From contig NCBE01000004.1 of NCBI GenBank assembly GCA_002255565.1, positions 1 through 43,408 on the forward strand: a DNA stretch of 43,408 nucleotides. The letters run 5' to 3'. The notes beneath the pieces were generated by a model. The model saw only the letters and a list, made by a program, of their open reading frames with translations, was not told where the DNA came from and made no database searches. This DNA is from Actinobacteria bacterium 21-73-9 (GTDB lineage: Bacteria; Actinomycetota; Acidimicrobiia; Acidimicrobiales; RAAP-2). A program made the translations under genes and the position numbers. Each line of letters opens with the position of its first letter. Within the stretch, counting starts at the first letter, position 1. Positions 17,688 through 26,132 of this stretch are shown here, piece by piece.

Positions 17688-18701
17688 CTGGCGCGCCCCT
17701 CCGCGGCCGATCCCGAAAGGGTCGCCGACGTCCGCGACGAGGTCGAAGCCCTCCTCGCCCGCCACGGTCGAGAGGCGGGCCACTACACGGTCCTCGGGCC
17801 CGACCCCTGGCTCGTCTTCTTCGACGACGACCGCGAGGGCTTCGTCGGCTTCCTCGAGGGACGCCGGGTCGTGGCGGCCTGGCGCTCGCCGGTGTGCGCG
17901 CCGGGCGCCGAGGGCGCGCTGGTGGCCCGGCTCGTCGAGTACGCCTCGAGCGCTCGCAAGTACCTCCTCGCCCTCGAGGTGAACGAGTCGACGATGCGCG
18001 CCGGCGAGGCGCTGGGCCTCCCGGTCCTCTGGACCGGGGTCGAGAGCTACGTGGACCTCGCCCGCTGGTCCCTCGCCGGCGGGCGGCGCCAGAAGCTGCG
18101 CTGGGCCCGCAACCACGCCGCGGGCCTCGGGGTCACCTGGCGCGAGGCCCACCCCCTCGCGCGCCCCGAGGACCGGGCGGCCCTGGCGTGGGTCGAGTCG
18201 GCCTGGAAGGCCGCGCGCCCCGAGCGGCGCACCGACTCCTTCTTGCGCACCGACTATCTCGAGATCGCCTCGCACCGGCGCTACTTCGTCTCTGAGCTCG
18301 ACGGGGCGTTGACGTCCTTTGTCGTCTGCACGCCGATCAACGCCGCGGGCTGGTATCTCCAGGACCTGGTGCGCCTGGCCGACGCGGCGCGCGGCTCGCT
18401 CGAGGGTGCCCTCGCCCTCGCCCTCGACACGCTGCGCGACGAGGGCTTCGAGACGGTCTCCAACGGGCCCCTGCCGTTCTGGCAGCCCGAGGGGGGCTGG
18501 CAGGACCCCCACGACCTCGGGGTGGTGGGCCGCCGGGTGCTCGCCTTCTTCGACCATCAGTACCGCTTCAGCGGGATCAACCGGTTCCGCTCCAAGCTCG
18601 AGCCCGACCGCACCGAGCCGCTCTACGTCGTGCGCAGCGGGGGCGTCATCACCCCGGGGGTGGCGCGCTCCATCCAGCGCCTGTTGAACCGAGCGCCCTA
18701 G
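17688..18701 (+). CDS. Stand-alone phosphatidylglycerol lysyltransferase C-terminal (DUF2156/MprF-type) domain protein
   Basis: VAAWRSPV, GVESYVDL..WSLAG....KLR, GWYLQDLVR, GSLE, YRFSGINRFRSKLEP. The frame is open and coding-like back to a TAA at 17664. Start uncertain (CTG 17688 vs GTG 17871). Confidence 0.8.
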   Translation: MARPSAADPERVADVRDEVEALLARHGREAGHYTVLGPDPWLVFFDDDREGFVGFLEGRRVVAAWRSPVCAPGAEGALVARLVEYASSARKYLLALEVNESTMRAGEALGLPVLWTGVESYVDLARWSLAGGRRQKLRWARNHAAGLGVTWREAHPLARPEDRAALAWVESAWKAARPERRTDSFLRTDYLEIASHRRYFVSELDGALTSFVVCTPINAAGWYLQDLVRLADAARGSLEGALALALDTLRDEGFETVSNGPLPFWQPEGGWQDPHDLGVVGRRVLAFFDHQYRFSGINRFRSKLEPDRTEPLYVVRSGGVITPGVARSIQRLLNRAP

Positions 18702-19843
18702 GCCGCGCCGAGGGCGACCCGCCAGGTGAGACGCGTCCCGCGGGGCTCGACGGCCTGGACCGAGAAGGTACCGCCCAGCATTGCCGCGCGCTGTTCGAGG
18801 TTCGCCAGGCCGAGGCCGGCGCCGGCCCGATCCGACCCGATGCCGACGCCGTCGTCGGTGACCCGTAGCGCGATGTCACCGTCGGCCAGAGCGATCTCGA
18901 CCGCGCAGCTCTGAGCGTGGGCGTGCTTGGCCACGTTGGTCAGGGCCTCGCGCAAGACGGCGAGCAGGTGGTCGGCGACCCGCAGGGGGATGGTCGTGTC
19001 GATCGGGCCGGCGAACGTGAGCGTCGGGCGCGAGCCGAGCATCGGGGCGAGCTCGTTGATGAGCTCGGTCGCGTTGCGCCGGAGGCCTCCGGGTAAGGGG
19101 TCGTGGTCAAGCTGGTGGATCGTGGCGCGCAGTTCGTTGATCACGATGTCGAGCTGGTCGACTCCCCGGGCGATGGCCGCCTTGGTCTCGTCGCGGATCG
19201 CGAAGCGCGAGGCCTCCTGCAGGGCGAGTCCGATCGCGTAGATGCGCTGGATGATGCGGTCGTGCAGCTCGCGGGCGATCCGGTCGCGGTCCTCGATCAC
19301 CGACATCAGGCGCAGCCGCTCGCGCAGCCGGTTGTTCTCGATGGCGATCGCCGCCGCCTGGGCCAGCGCCTCGACGAGGGCCTCGTCGTCCTCGCTGAAG
19401 CGCTCGGCGTCGAGCTTGTTGGTGAGATAGAGGTTGCCGTACACCGTCGAGGGGGTCCGCACCGGGACCCCGAGGAACGAGGACATCGCGGGATGGCCCT
19501 CGGGGAAGCCCACGCTCAGGGGGTGGTCGGCGATCCGGTCCAGGCGGAGGTTCTCGCCGTCGGCCACGACCGCCCCGAGGACGCCGCGCCCGGTCGGCCG
19601 AGACCCGATGGCCCGCTCCTTCTCCTCCGAGAGGCCGCAGGTGATGAACTCCGCGAGGGAGGTGCGCGACTCGTTGAGCACGCCCAGGGCGCCGTACTGG
19701 GCGCCGGCGAGGGCGCACGCCTCCTCGACGAGGTGGGCGAGCAGGTCCGAGAGCTCGACGTCGGCCTCGATCATGAGGACCGCGCCGAGCAGGCGTTGGA
19801 TCCTGTCGATGTCGCGGACATTGCGGTACGGTACGACGCACAC
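18698..19843 (-). CDS. GAF sensor histidine kinase, DosS/DevS-like (HisKA_3)
   Basis: GAF domain (YGALGV, GFPEGHPAMSSFLGVP, GNLYL), DRDRIARELHDRIIQ, EALTNVAKHA, DDGVG, GLGL.NL..RA. Confidence 0.92.
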   Translation of the reverse strand: MCVVPYRNVRDIDRIQRLLGAVLMIEADVELSDLLAHLVEEACALAGAQYGALGVLNESRTSLAEFITCGLSEEKERAIGSRPTGRGVLGAVVADGENLRLDRIADHPLSVGFPEGHPAMSSFLGVPVRTPSTVYGNLYLTNKLDAERFSEDDEALVEALAQAAAIAIENNRLRERLRLMSVIEDRDRIARELHDRIIQRIYAIGLALQEASRFAIRDETKAAIARGVDQLDIVINELRATIHQLDHDPLPGGLRRNATELINELAPMLGSRPTLTFAGPIDTTIPLRVADHLLAVLREALTNVAKHAHAQSCAVEIALADGDIALRVTDDGVGIGSDRAGAGLGLANLEQRAAMLGGTFSVQAVEPRGTRLTWRVALGAA

Positions 19844-19920
19844 AGTACTGGGCGCCGGCTCGGACGGCACCTCCGAAGGGCGTTTTGACGGGGGTACCGG
19901 GGAGTGGGATAGTGGGGGAA

Positions 19921-20571
19921 GTGCCGATCCGCGTCTTCTTGCTTGACGATCACGAGGTCGTGCGCGAGGGCATCCGCAGCCTGCTCGAGTACGACGAGGA
20001 GATCGAGGTCGTCGGCGAAGCCTCCACGGTCGCCGAGGCCTTGACCCGCATCCCCCTCGCCCACCCCGACGTCGCCATCCTCGACGTGCGCCTGCCCGAC
20101 GGCAGCGGCATCGAGGTCTGTCGGGACATCCGTTCCGACGATCCGAGCATGACGTGCCTGATGCTCACGAGCTACGCCGACGACGAGGCCCTCTACGCGA
20201 GCGTGATGGCGGGCGCGGCCGGCTACGTCTTGAAGCAGGTCCGAGGGCGCGACCTCGTGGCTGACGTGAAGAAGGTGGCGGGCGGGGGCACTTTGATGGA
20301 CAGCCGGGCCATCGCCAGGGTGATCGAGCGGATCACCAACCCGCCGAGCCCGAGCGACGAGCTGGCGGCGCTGTCGCCTCAGGAGAGGCGTCTGCTCGAC
20401 CACATCGCCGAGGGGCTGACCAACCGCCAGATCGCCGAGGTGATGTTCCTCTCGGAGAAGACCGTCAAGAACTACGTGACGAGCCTGCTCGCGAAGCTCA
20501 ACATGGCCAATCGCACCGAGGCGGCCGTCTTCGTGACCCGCCTGCGCGACGGGACCCTCGACCAGCCCTAG
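19921..20571 (+). CDS. NarL/LuxR-family response regulator, DosR/DevR-like
   Basis: VFLLDDHEVVREG, ILDVRLPDGSG, LTSYADDEAL, GLTNRQIA..MFLSEKTVKNYV. Confidence 0.93.
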   Translation: MPIRVFLLDDHEVVREGIRSLLEYDEEIEVVGEASTVAEALTRIPLAHPDVAILDVRLPDGSGIEVCRDIRSDDPSMTCLMLTSYADDEALYASVMAGAAGYVLKQVRGRDLVADVKKVAGGGTLMDSRAIARVIERITNPPSPSDELAALSPQERRLLDHIAEGLTNRQIAEVMFLSEKTVKNYVTSLLAKLNMANRTEAAVFVTRLRDGTLDQP

Positions 20572-20574
20572 GCC

Positions 20575-20880
20575 CTAGGCCGCGCCGATGAGGTCGAGTC
20601 CGCGCTCGGCGAGGCGCTCTTCGAGCTCGCGTCGCTCCGTCTCGGGGTGGCTGAAGTCGTCGGGCGCGACGACGACGTCGTGGGCGAGACAGAGTTTCAC
20701 CAGCGCGCGGTCGTAGGCGATCTCCGCGGCGAGCGCGGCGTAGGCGCCCTTCTGGCGCCGCGAGGAGGTGCGCACCATCTCGCGCCGGCAGTTGCGCGCG
20801 TACTCGACCAAGGTGTCGTCACGGATCTCGCTCGGCCACTCGGCGAGGGCCCGGGTGAGGAGCTCTACGTACATCGACAT
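20575..20880 (-). CDS. Hypothetical helical protein
   Basis: Good coding-like ORF with GGAGG RBS and LAAEIAYDRALVKLC motif; DosR-type box upstream. Confidence 0.75.
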   Translation of the reverse strand: MSMYVELLTRALAEWPSEIRDDTLVEYARNCRREMVRTSSRRQKGAYAALAAEIAYDRALVKLCLAHDVVVAPDDFSHPETERRELEERLAERGLDLIGAA

Positions 20881-20916
20881 GCGTTCATCCTCCCCGTAAC
20901 GGGGGGGTCCCGTCTA

Positions 20917-20930
20917 GGGACCCTCGTCCC
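20917..20930. promoter_or_regulatory. DosR-type box
   Basis: GGGAC-CCTC-GTCCC, a perfect match to the GGGAC-N4-GTCCC core. Confidence 0.7.
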
Positions 20931-21167
20931 TTGCTCTCGGCGTCGCCGCGCTGGGGGATGTCGTGTGGTGCGCTCGGCCCGGGCGGAGCGCCACCCCCGG
21001 CGGGCTCGTCCCCAGGTCCACTCCCTCGACCACCTCGGCCCCCCGCGCCCCGTCAATGGAGGCGGGTACCGGACCGGTCGCAGGGGCCGAGACGACGGTC
21101 ATCGTCCGACCCGGTCCGGTGCCCCCCCTCCGGTGTCAGTGTTCCTGACCGGAGCGCGCCCCCCCCA

Positions 21168-21203
21168 GTGACGATGGTCCCGAGATGGTCGGACCTTGGT
21201 CCC
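21168..21203. promoter_or_regulatory. Tandem DosR-type boxes
   Basis: GTGAC-GATG-GTCCC (21168-21181) and CGGAC-CTTG-GTCCC (21190-21203), 22 bp apart, upstream of the gene at 21279. Confidence 0.65.
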
Positions 21204-21278
21204 TGTCGCCGCCGCCGCGGGCGGGGTGAGACTGGCCCGGAGCCTCAAGAGAGAGCCTCGAGAGGCGAAGGAGTGATC

Positions 21279-21884
21279 ATGCAGAGGAAGTTCTTCGACA
21301 TGCTGCTGAGCGTCGTGGGCCTGGTCCTCACCGTAGCCCTGGTCATCGGCGGGGCGCTGCTGCTGTGGGGTGCGAACTTCGCGAACTCGAGCGTCCATGA
21401 CCAGTTGGCCAAGCAGGAAATCTACTTCCCGAGCACGGCGGCCTTCGCCGCCGCGAAGCCCGGTACCGAGGTCACCCCCGGCATGAAGCCCTACCTGCTG
21501 AAGTACGCCGGCCAGCAGGTACTGACCGGGGCGCAGGCCGAGGCCTACGCCAACCACTTCATCGCCGTGCACCTCTCGGAGATGCCCTACGGCGGCGTCT
21601 ACTCCAAGGTCTCGGCGGCCTCGCGGGCCAACCCCACCAACACCGCCCTCTCCCAGGAGGTCCAGACCGTCTTCCAGGGCACCACCCTGCGCGGCCTGCT
21701 GCTCGAGGCCTACGGCTTCAGCCAGTTCGCGATCATCGCCGAGTGGGGCGCGGTGGCCTGCTTCGTCGGGGCGGCGGTCATGCTGATCCTCGTGCTCATC
21801 GGATTCGCCCACGCCCGGCGCACGCCCGAGACCGAACAGCTCGTCGTGCGCACCGAAGAGGCCAAGGATCTGATCGGCGTGTGA
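21279..21884 (+). CDS. Two-TM membrane protein of unknown function
   Basis: AAGGAG RBS; N- and C-terminal hydrophobic helices flanking QL..Q.IYFP, G.QA.AYA..FIA.H and FQG.TLRGLLL.AYGF. Confidence 0.82.
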   Translation: MQRKFFDMLLSVVGLVLTVALVIGGALLLWGANFANSSVHDQLAKQEIYFPSTAAFAAAKPGTEVTPGMKPYLLKYAGQQVLTGAQAEAYANHFIAVHLSEMPYGGVYSKVSAASRANPTNTALSQEVQTVFQGTTLRGLLLEAYGFSQFAIIAEWGAVACFVGAAVMLILVLIGFAHARRTPETEQLVVRTEEAKDLIGV

Positions 21885-21905
21885 TCTTCCCCGACCACCG
21901 ATCAG

Positions 21906-21932
21906 GCGGCCCGGCTCCTAGAGCCGGGCCGC
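21906..21932. terminator. Probable bidirectional terminator hairpin
   Basis: GCGGCCCGGCTC-CTA-GAGCCGGGCCGC, a perfect 12-bp stem between convergent stop codons. Confidence 0.7.
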
Positions 21933-21935
21933 AGC

Positions 21936-22763
21936 CTATTCGGGGGAGGCCGCGACCCGGGGGGTGCGCGCGGGCCGGGGCACGATCGCCGAGACCCGGA
22001 CCTGGTAGTCGCGGTACGCCGGGTACTTGGCGGCCGAGATCTCCTCGGTGAAGCGGGTCGAGCCGATGAAGAGGCCCGTCAGGGCAGCCGGGCAGAGGAT
22101 CGTCCAGTCGAGCACGTGGCCGATCGCGAGGGCCCCCAGCGCGTAGACCAGCCACCACTGGGCCAGCTCGAAGAAGTAGTTGGGGTGGCGCGAGTAGGCG
22201 AAGAGGCCGGTCGTGAGGAAGTCAACCTCGGGGGTGCGCCCCGCCTCGCGGGCGAGCCGCTTGCTCTCCTGGAAGCGCCACTGCTGCTCGTCGGCCACCG
22301 TCTCGAGCGCCAGGGCGGCGAGGAAGAGGAGCGCGACGAGCGCGTCGGCGAGCCCGTAGTGGGCGCCGCGACGGTGCTGGTAGGCGCGCCAGGCCGGCAT
22401 CGTGATCAGCACCAGCAGCGCGTTCTGGGCGAGGACGATGAAGCCGAGGTTGAACAGCTGGAACTGCCAGCGCGTCATTCGCGCGCGCAGCACGACCCAC
22501 CGGTAGTCCTCGACCCCGCGGTAGCCGCCCTTGCGGGCGAAGTTGAAGGTGAGCCGCGCACCCCACAGCGTGACCAGGGCGGCGAGCACGTCGAGGCGGA
22601 CGTCACGGCCGTGGTCGGCCCAGGCGAAGACCCAGGTGTACACGACGGGCAGGATCGACCAGAGCCGGTCGACCCACGAGGTGTCGCCCGAGACCACCGA
22701 GGCGACCCAGCAGTAGAGCGACGCGGCGCCGGCCAGCGCGAGGACCAGGACGAGGGGGGCCAC
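21936..22763 (-). CDS. DUF1295 / steroid 5-alpha-reductase-like membrane protein
   Basis: SWVDRLWS, WGARLTFNFARKGG, EDYRW, ETVADEQQWRF, GLFAYSRHPNYFFE, YPAYRDYQ. Confidence 0.9.
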   Translation of the reverse strand: MAPLVLVLALAGAASLYCWVASVVSGDTSWVDRLWSILPVVYTWVFAWADHGRDVRLDVLAALVTLWGARLTFNFARKGGYRGVEDYRWVVLRARMTRWQFQLFNLGFIVLAQNALLVLITMPAWRAYQHRRGAHYGLADALVALLFLAALALETVADEQQWRFQESKRLAREAGRTPEVDFLTTGLFAYSRHPNYFFELAQWWLVYALGALAIGHVLDWTILCPAALTGLFIGSTRFTEEISAAKYPAYRDYQVRVSAIVPRPARTPRVAASPE

Positions 22764-23071
22764 GCTCGACGACCCTACCGGGCCTCGGCGGGCGAGCGAG
22801 TCCCGCGCCAGCGGGTGGGACTCGACGAGGGCCCGCGGGGCCAAGGCCACCACCCGCCTCCAACGCGAGCGCCGACCCGAGCAGGGCCAGCCGACGCACG
22901 GTGACGGTCAGTTCAGAGCCGTCGGGCGGCCGCGAGTCCGGCGAGGTCCCACGACCTCGAGGGTCACCGCCCGGTGAGGGCGGCGATCCAGCCAGGAGCG
23001 TCGTGCGCGAGCGTCGCGACGACGAGTGTGCGTCACCGGGTTCCTCGGGCGCGGCTCCCTAGACTCGCGCC

Positions 23072-23707
23072 GTGCGTACCGAGGTGGACGCGACGACGAT
23101 CGGCGAGGCCTGGCTGGAGATCGCCCGGCTCATCCTCGCCGACGGGGTGACCTCGAGCTACGACGGACGCGCCATTCGCGAGCTCCTCCTCGCGACACTG
23201 CGGGTGGCCCGCCCCGACCCCTCCGACGGGCTCATCGAGCGCCGGGCGTCGGGTGAACGCCTGGCGTGGATGCGGGCGAACTTCGCCTCACGCGAGCGCG
23301 TCGCCGAACTCGGCGACGCCGACAGTTACGCCACGCGGCTCTTCGACTACGCCGGAACCGGGCTCGACCAGGTTGAAGGCGTCATCGACCGTCTCCGCGC
23401 GGACCCCGGGAGCCGCCGGGCGGTGATCACGACCTTCCAGCCCCTCACCGACACCGCCTACGTGCCGTGCGTGAGCCTGCTCGACTTCTTCGTCGAGCCG
23501 CGCGGGCTGAGCCTGGTCGCCTACTGCCACTCGATCGACTTCGGGACGAAGGGCTTCGCCAACCTGGTCGAGCTGGCCCACCTCGAGCGGCGCGTGGCCG
23601 ACGGTGTCGGCGCGCCGGTCGGGGAACTGACGATGGTCGTGAAGTCGGCCCACGTCTACGCCGACGACCTCGAGGCGACGCGCGCCGTCCTCGAGGTCGG
23701 GTCCTAG
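23072..23707 (+). CDS. Thymidylate synthase-like protein (short, archaeal-type)
   Basis: YATRL, DQV..VI..L..DPGSRRA, VPC (catalytic Cys), HSIDF....AN, SAHVY. TAGACT -10 box 6 nt upstream. Confidence 0.82.
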   Translation: MRTEVDATTIGEAWLEIARLILADGVTSSYDGRAIRELLLATLRVARPDPSDGLIERRASGERLAWMRANFASRERVAELGDADSYATRLFDYAGTGLDQVEGVIDRLRADPGSRRAVITTFQPLTDTAYVPCVSLLDFFVEPRGLSLVAYCHSIDFGTKGFANLVELAHLERRVADGVGAPVGELTMVVKSAHVYADDLEATRAVLEVGS

Positions 23708-24588
23708 CCGCCGATCGAGGAGAACTGGCTCAGCATCGACGGGGTGACCACGATCGCGCCGGCGGGTGTCGCCACGGGCACGGTGCCGTGGCTCGCGGTC
23801 GCCTGCAGCGAGACGGTCACCGGCGAGGGGGCCGGGTGGGTGCTCGGTCCACTGGAGGTGATCGAGACCGACCCGCCCGTCGCGGTGGCGCCCGAGGTCG
23901 TCAGGCTGATCGAGTAGGTGCCCGAGACGGTGGGCGTCGTCGCGCCGGTGGCCGGCCCGAGGACCGGGATGAGGGCGTCCACGATCGACTGGAGGGTGCC
24001 GGTCTCGGTGAAGGTCCCCTTCGATGAGGTGTAGGGCGCCTTCTCGACGAGGGTCGACAGGGCGGTGATCGCCGCGCGGGCGACCGACTGGGCCTTGGCC
24101 GCCTGGGCGGCCGAGGGCTGGTGGGCGGCAGCCAACTGGGTGAGCAGGCTCTGGGGGATCTCGAACCAGCGCCCGTCGAGCATCTGGCCGGCGGCCGCGA
24201 GCGCGCTCGGGGGCACGTTCGCCCCGGGCAGCGCGTTGAGGGAGGCGAGATTGAGCTCGACGTAGAGGTTGCCGCCGATCGAGCGTGCGTCGAGGGCGTT
24301 CGTGCCCGATACGGCGAGGACCACCTCGGCGTCGACCGACGAGCCCGCGGCCGAGAGGTTGGCGCCGTTGGTGCTCGCGAGGTTGACGTCGAGCGAGAGG
24401 TTCTTCAGCTGAAACGCGGCCTTGGTGAGGGACGGGTCGGTGCTCGTGAGCGAGCCGGTGACGTGGAGCTGGAGGTACGGCGAACTCCCGAGCGAGGTCA
24501 CCGCCTGGTCGACGGTCGCCTGCACACCGCAGGCCGACAGGCCGAGCGCGCCGGCCGCGAGCAGTCCCACCAGAGTGAAGGCCTTCAT
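23704..24588 (-). CDS. Lipoprotein (possibly LppX/LprG-like fold)
   Basis: Lipobox GLSA-C after a hydrophobic signal peptide; Ser/Thr-rich; GG.LYV and GRWFEI motifs; AAGGGAG RBS. Confidence 0.75.
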   Translation of the reverse strand: MKAFTLVGLLAAGALGLSACGVQATVDQAVTSLGSSPYLQLHVTGSLTSTDPSLTKAAFQLKNLSLDVNLASTNGANLSAAGSSVDAEVVLAVSGTNALDARSIGGNLYVELNLASLNALPGANVPPSALAAAGQMLDGRWFEIPQSLLTQLAAAHQPSAAQAAKAQSVARAAITALSTLVEKAPYTSSKGTFTETGTLQSIVDALIPVLGPATGATTPTVSGTYSISLTTSGATATGGSVSITSSGPSTHPAPSPVTVSLQATASHGTVPVATPAGAIVVTPSMLSQFSSIGG

Positions 24589-24668
24589 GACGCTCCCTTC
24601 GAGGGCTCTCCTGGGACCAAACCTACCAGCGGTCCCGGCGGTCGCGACCGCCACCGTAGAGTTCGACC

Positions 24669-26132
24669 ATGACCGATCCCCACCCCGAGAGCGCCGAACT
24701 CGCCTTCGCGAGCGCCCACGAGGTCGTAGCCCGGCTCGACGCCGGTGAGCTGACCTCCGCGGCCCTCGTCGATACTCTGCAGCGACGCATCGCGGCCCTG
24801 GACGGGCCGGGCACCACCACCGAGCTGCGCGCGATCGCCGCCCTGGCCCACAACGCCGAGGTCCTCGCGGCGGCGCGCGACGCCGAGCGGGCCCGCGGCG
24901 AGCGGCGCGGGCCGCTCCACGGGCTGCCCGTCGTGATCAAGGACAACATCGAGGCGGAGGGGCTGCCCGGAGCGGCGGGCTCGACCGCGCTCGTCGGCCG
25001 ACCCGCGCGCGAGTCGCCGCTGGTGGCGCGGATGCGGGCGGCGGGCGCCGTGGTCCTCGGCTCGACGAACCTCTCGGAGTGGGCGAACATCCGCTCCAGC
25101 CACTCGACGAGCGGCTGGAGCGCCACGGGCGGGCTCGTCGTCAACCCCTGGTCGCTCGATCGCACGGCGGGCGGCTCGTCCTCGGGCTCGGGGGCGGCCG
25201 TGGCCGCCGGTCTCGCCCCGCTGGCGATCGGGACCGAGACCGACGGGTCGATCGTCTGTCCGTCGTCGGTGAACGGCGTCGTCGGGCTCAAGCCGACCGT
25301 CGGGACGGTGCCCACCCACCGGGTGGTGCCCATCTCGGCCAGCCAGGACAGCCCCGGGCCGATGGCCCGGCGGGTTGACGACGCCGCCCTCCTCTTCGGG
25401 GTGCTCGCGGGCCAGGCGCCGCCGGACACGGCCCTCGCGCGCCTGCGCGTCGCCTACGCCTCCACGTGGCGCACGGGACATCCCGCAACCGACGCCCACT
25501 GCGACGCGGTCGTCGCCGGGCTCGCCGGCGCCTTCGACGCCGTCGTGCACCGGGACGTGGCGACCCCGGGCGAGGCCGAGGGCGAGGATGAGCTGACGGT
25601 GCTGCTCTGCGAGCTGGCCGACGACCTCTCGGCCTACCTCGCCGAGCGCCCGGGCGACGGCGTGCGCTCGTTGGCCGACGTCGTCGACTACGAGGAGCTC
25701 AACGCGTCGAGCGAGATGCCCTACTTCGGCCACGAGCACTTCTCGGCCGCCCTGGCTTCGGGGGGGCGCGCGGGTGAGGGCTACGCGCCGGCGCGCGAGC
25801 GCAACCTCGCCTGGGCGCTCGGCGCCTGCCTCGAGCCGGCCCTCGAGGACCTCGACGTGCTCCTCGCCCCGGCCTACGCCCCGGGGTGGAAGATCGACCT
25901 CACCCTCGGCGACCACGCCGGGATGGCGAGCCCCGCGACCATGGCCCCGGCGATCGCCGGCTGGCCCATCGCCTCGGTCCCGGTGGGACTGGTGGACGGG
26001 TTGCCCGTGGGGCTCGCGGTCATCGGGCGGCCTCACAGCGAGTGGGTCGTCCTCGAGGCCGCCCGGCGCATCGAGCGGGTCGTCGCGATCCCCGCCGGCC
26101 GGCCCTCCTGGCGCGCCCCGCGGCGGGGTTAG
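24669..26132 (+). CDS. Amidase signature family enzyme
   Basis: GPLHGLPVVIKDNI, TNLSEWAN, GGSSSGSGAAVAAG, GTETDGSI..P, GLKPT. Confidence 0.93.
   Translation: MTDPHPESAELAFASAHEVVARLDAGELTSAALVDTLQRRIAALDGPGTTTELRAIAALAHNAEVLAAARDAERARGERRGPLHGLPVVIKDNIEAEGLPGAAGSTALVGRPARESPLVARMRAAGAVVLGSTNLSEWANIRSSHSTSGWSATGGLVVNPWSLDRTAGGSSSGSGAAVAAGLAPLAIGTETDGSIVCPSSVNGVVGLKPTVGTVPTHRVVPISASQDSPGPMARRVDDAALLFGVLAGQAPPDTALARLRVAYASTWRTGHPATDAHCDAVVAGLAGAFDAVVHRDVATPGEAEGEDELTVLLCELADDLSAYLAERPGDGVRSLADVVDYEELNASSEMPYFGHEHFSAALASGGRAGEGYAPARERNLAWALGACLEPALEDLDVLLAPAYAPGWKIDLTLGDHAGMASPATMAPAIAGWPIASVPVGLVDGLPVGLAVIGRPHSEWVVLEAARRIERVVAIPAGRPSWRAPRRG

Noticed and set aside
22780-23050. Possible small gene or structured RNA between the DUF1295 and TS genes
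   Set aside because: Only short frames without convincing starts and no recognisable RNA motif.
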